A stretch of DNA of 63,025 nt, counting the filler. It is 7 parts of 7 records of this genome, joined end to end, with 100 filler letters (N's around TTAATTAATTAA, not from the genome) between each part and the next. Parts side by side here need not be neighbours in the genome. Positions count along the whole stretch, not along the records: positions 57,896 to 63,025 come from SRR31156797_17107; 6 more parts are not named here. The stretch is one strand, 5' to 3'. Position numbers and translations under genes: made by a program. This document shows, one piece after another, positions 61,793-63,025 of the stretch; position 1 is the first letter of the stretch; each line of letters begins with the position of its first letter. The notes under the pieces were generated by a model, which saw only the letters and a program-made list of their open reading frames with translations, was not told the origin of the DNA and did not search any database.

Positions 61793-62446
61793 ATGAAAGG
61801 TGATGCACTACGCACCAGTGTGCTGAGTGTCAAGCTCATCCCCAATGTCAACGATGACATGGTAAAGGAGCTGAAACTCGTGGACGGACACAAGAGCATT
61901 GGTATCTTTACCACCGATTGTGATGACGTGGGATATTGCGCCCTGGATGACGCCACCAAGAAGGCCGAAGTCCGGGTGGCCTACGCAAAATCCTTCTATG
62001 GCGGCGCCGACAATGCCAATACCAAGCTGGCCGGTGAGTTCATCGGCATCCTCTCCGGTCCCACCCCGGCAGAGGTGAAGAGCGGCATCGATGCGGCCAT
62101 TGACTATGTGGAAAACGACGCGACCTTCTACAGCGCCAATGAAGACGACTCCATTCCTTACTTTGCCCACACCATTTCACGGACCGGCTCCTACCTGTCC
62201 GAGACCGCGGGCATCAAGGAGGGCGAGGCCCTGGCCTATCTCATCGCGCCTCCCCTCGAGGCCATGTATGCCCTGGATCTGGCCATGAAGGCCGCGGATG
62301 TTTCCATGGCGGCCTTTTTCGGTCCTCCGTCAGAGACCAACTTCGGCGGCGGTCTTCTGACCGGCAGCCAGTCCGCCTGCCAGGCGGCCTGTGACGCCTT
62401 TGCCGACGCTGTCAAGGCAGTAGCCGACAACCCGCTGGGGTACTAG
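61793..62446 (+). CDS. eutL: Microcompartment shell protein EutL (BMC-T)
   Basis: ALDDATK, YAKSFYGG, YLIAPPLEA, PPSETNFGGGLLTGSQSAC. Confidence 0.95.
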   Translation: MKGDALRTSVLSVKLIPNVNDDMVKELKLVDGHKSIGIFTTDCDDVGYCALDDATKKAEVRVAYAKSFYGGADNANTKLAGEFIGILSGPTPAEVKSGIDAAIDYVENDATFYSANEDDSIPYFAHTISRTGSYLSETAGIKEGEALAYLIAPPLEAMYALDLAMKAADVSMAAFFGPPSETNFGGGLLTGSQSACQAACDAFADAVKAVADNPLGY

Positions 62447-62447
62447 G

Positions 62448-63025
62448 ATGAACGGAAAAGCCCTGGGACTTGTGGAAACCCTCGGCCTGGTTCCCGCCAT
62501 CGAGGGGGCCGATGCCGCCGTCAAATCCGCGGATGTGGAATTGAAGGGGCTGGAGATGATCGGCGCGGGTCTTGTCACCATCAAGATCGTCGGGGATATC
62601 AGCGCTGTTTCATCCGCGGTTGACGCGGGGAAGGCGGCTGCCGGACGGCTTGGAACGGTGCGCTCCACCACCGTGATCGGAAGAACCGGCGAGGGCCTTG
62701 AAACCGTCCTCGACCCCGAATCCGAGCCCGAGGCCCCCGTTGCTGAACCGGTGATTGACAAGGCCCCTGAAGCGGAAGCGGAGCCGGAACCGGTGAACGG
62801 CAAGGTCCTTGCAAGAGCGCCTGAAGCGGTTGCCGATAAGGCCCCGGAAGCAGCGGTTGAGACGGTGACCGGCAAGGCCCCGGAAGCAGCAGTTGAGGCG
62901 GATACCGACAAGGCCCCGGAAACAGCGGCTGAAACGGTCATCAGCAAGGCCCCTGAAAAAAAGGCCGCTGTTAAAAAGACGGTGGACCGGGCCGTGCTCA
63001 AAAACATGAGCGTCGTAAAATTGAG
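62448..63025 (+). CDS. BMC-H shell protein with long repetitive linker (EutK-like), 3'-truncated; absent from the ORF track
   Basis: MNGKALGLVETLGLVPAIEGADAAVKSADVEL...GAGLVTIKIVGDISAV; ATG 1 nt after the eutL stop; open to the window end. Confidence 0.9.
   Translation, partial: MNGKALGLVETLGLVPAIEGADAAVKSADVELKGLEMIGAGLVTIKIVGDISAVSSAVDAGKAAAGRLGTVRSTTVIGRTGEGLETVLDPESEPEAPVAEPVIDKAPEAEAEPEPVNGKVLARAPEAVADKAPEAAVETVTGKAPEAAVEADTDKAPETAAETVISKAPEKKAAVKKTVDRAVLKNMSVVKL
62838..62957 (+). repeat. 36-bp coding tandem repeat (KAPEAAVExxxx), 3 copies plus a partial
   Basis: AAGGCCCCGGAA-initiated units at 62838, 62874 and 62910, and AAGGCCCCTGAA at 62946. Confidence 0.85.

Noticed and set aside
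62838..62957. 36-bp periodic repeat as a CRISPR array
   Set aside because: No unique spacers, in-frame coding repeats, and no cas genes.

Overview
This window is not one genomic locus. It is seven unrelated contigs joined by six identical artificial 100-nt spacers (44 N + TTAATTAATTAA + 44 N), and composition and gene content point to several different anaerobic bacteria. Contig 1 (1-10332, Desulfobacterota-like): glycosyltransferases, a Trm112-like/SAM methyltransferase, and the benzoyl-CoA ring-cleavage genes (SDR, had, oah, dch) followed by a Na+-pumping decarboxylase beta subunit. Contig 2 (10433-30971, similar composition): iorAB, a B12/radical-SAM and PP-loop pair, an NTT-HEAT-cNMP protein, TPR proteins, a MutT-cupin fusion, queA-tgt-yajC-secDF and argS. 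Contig 3 (31072-38421): an apparently IclR-controlled catabolic operon with an acyl-CoA dehydrogenase-fold protein lacking the catalytic Glu, an EthD-like protein and an Fe-S protein, plus LysR, an IS3 scar and a sigma54 activator. Contig 4 (38522-44334, AT-rich, Bacteroidales-like): LacI-kduI-kduD-DUF4861. Contig 5 (44435-51779): phosphohexomutase, deoC, tRNA-Leu(TAG), L,D-transpeptidase, nucleotide-sugar genes and hemW. Contig 6 (51880-57795, Bacteroidales-like): NuoI-GltD fusion, a DHOD-like protein, a MITE-like element and a rod-shaped RNA candidate. Contig 7 (57896-end, GC-rich): a Firmicutes-order eutABCL-BMC operon preceded by a complete ANTAR dual-hairpin antiterminator. The best novelty candidates are the contig-3 operon with its shared operator, in-frame internal starts in two multidomain genes, a stand-alone OvoA-type methyltransferase in an anaerobe, and the ANTAR-controlled eut locus. 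All protein calls come from motif recognition by eye. No database searches were run, and taxonomic assignments are inferences.
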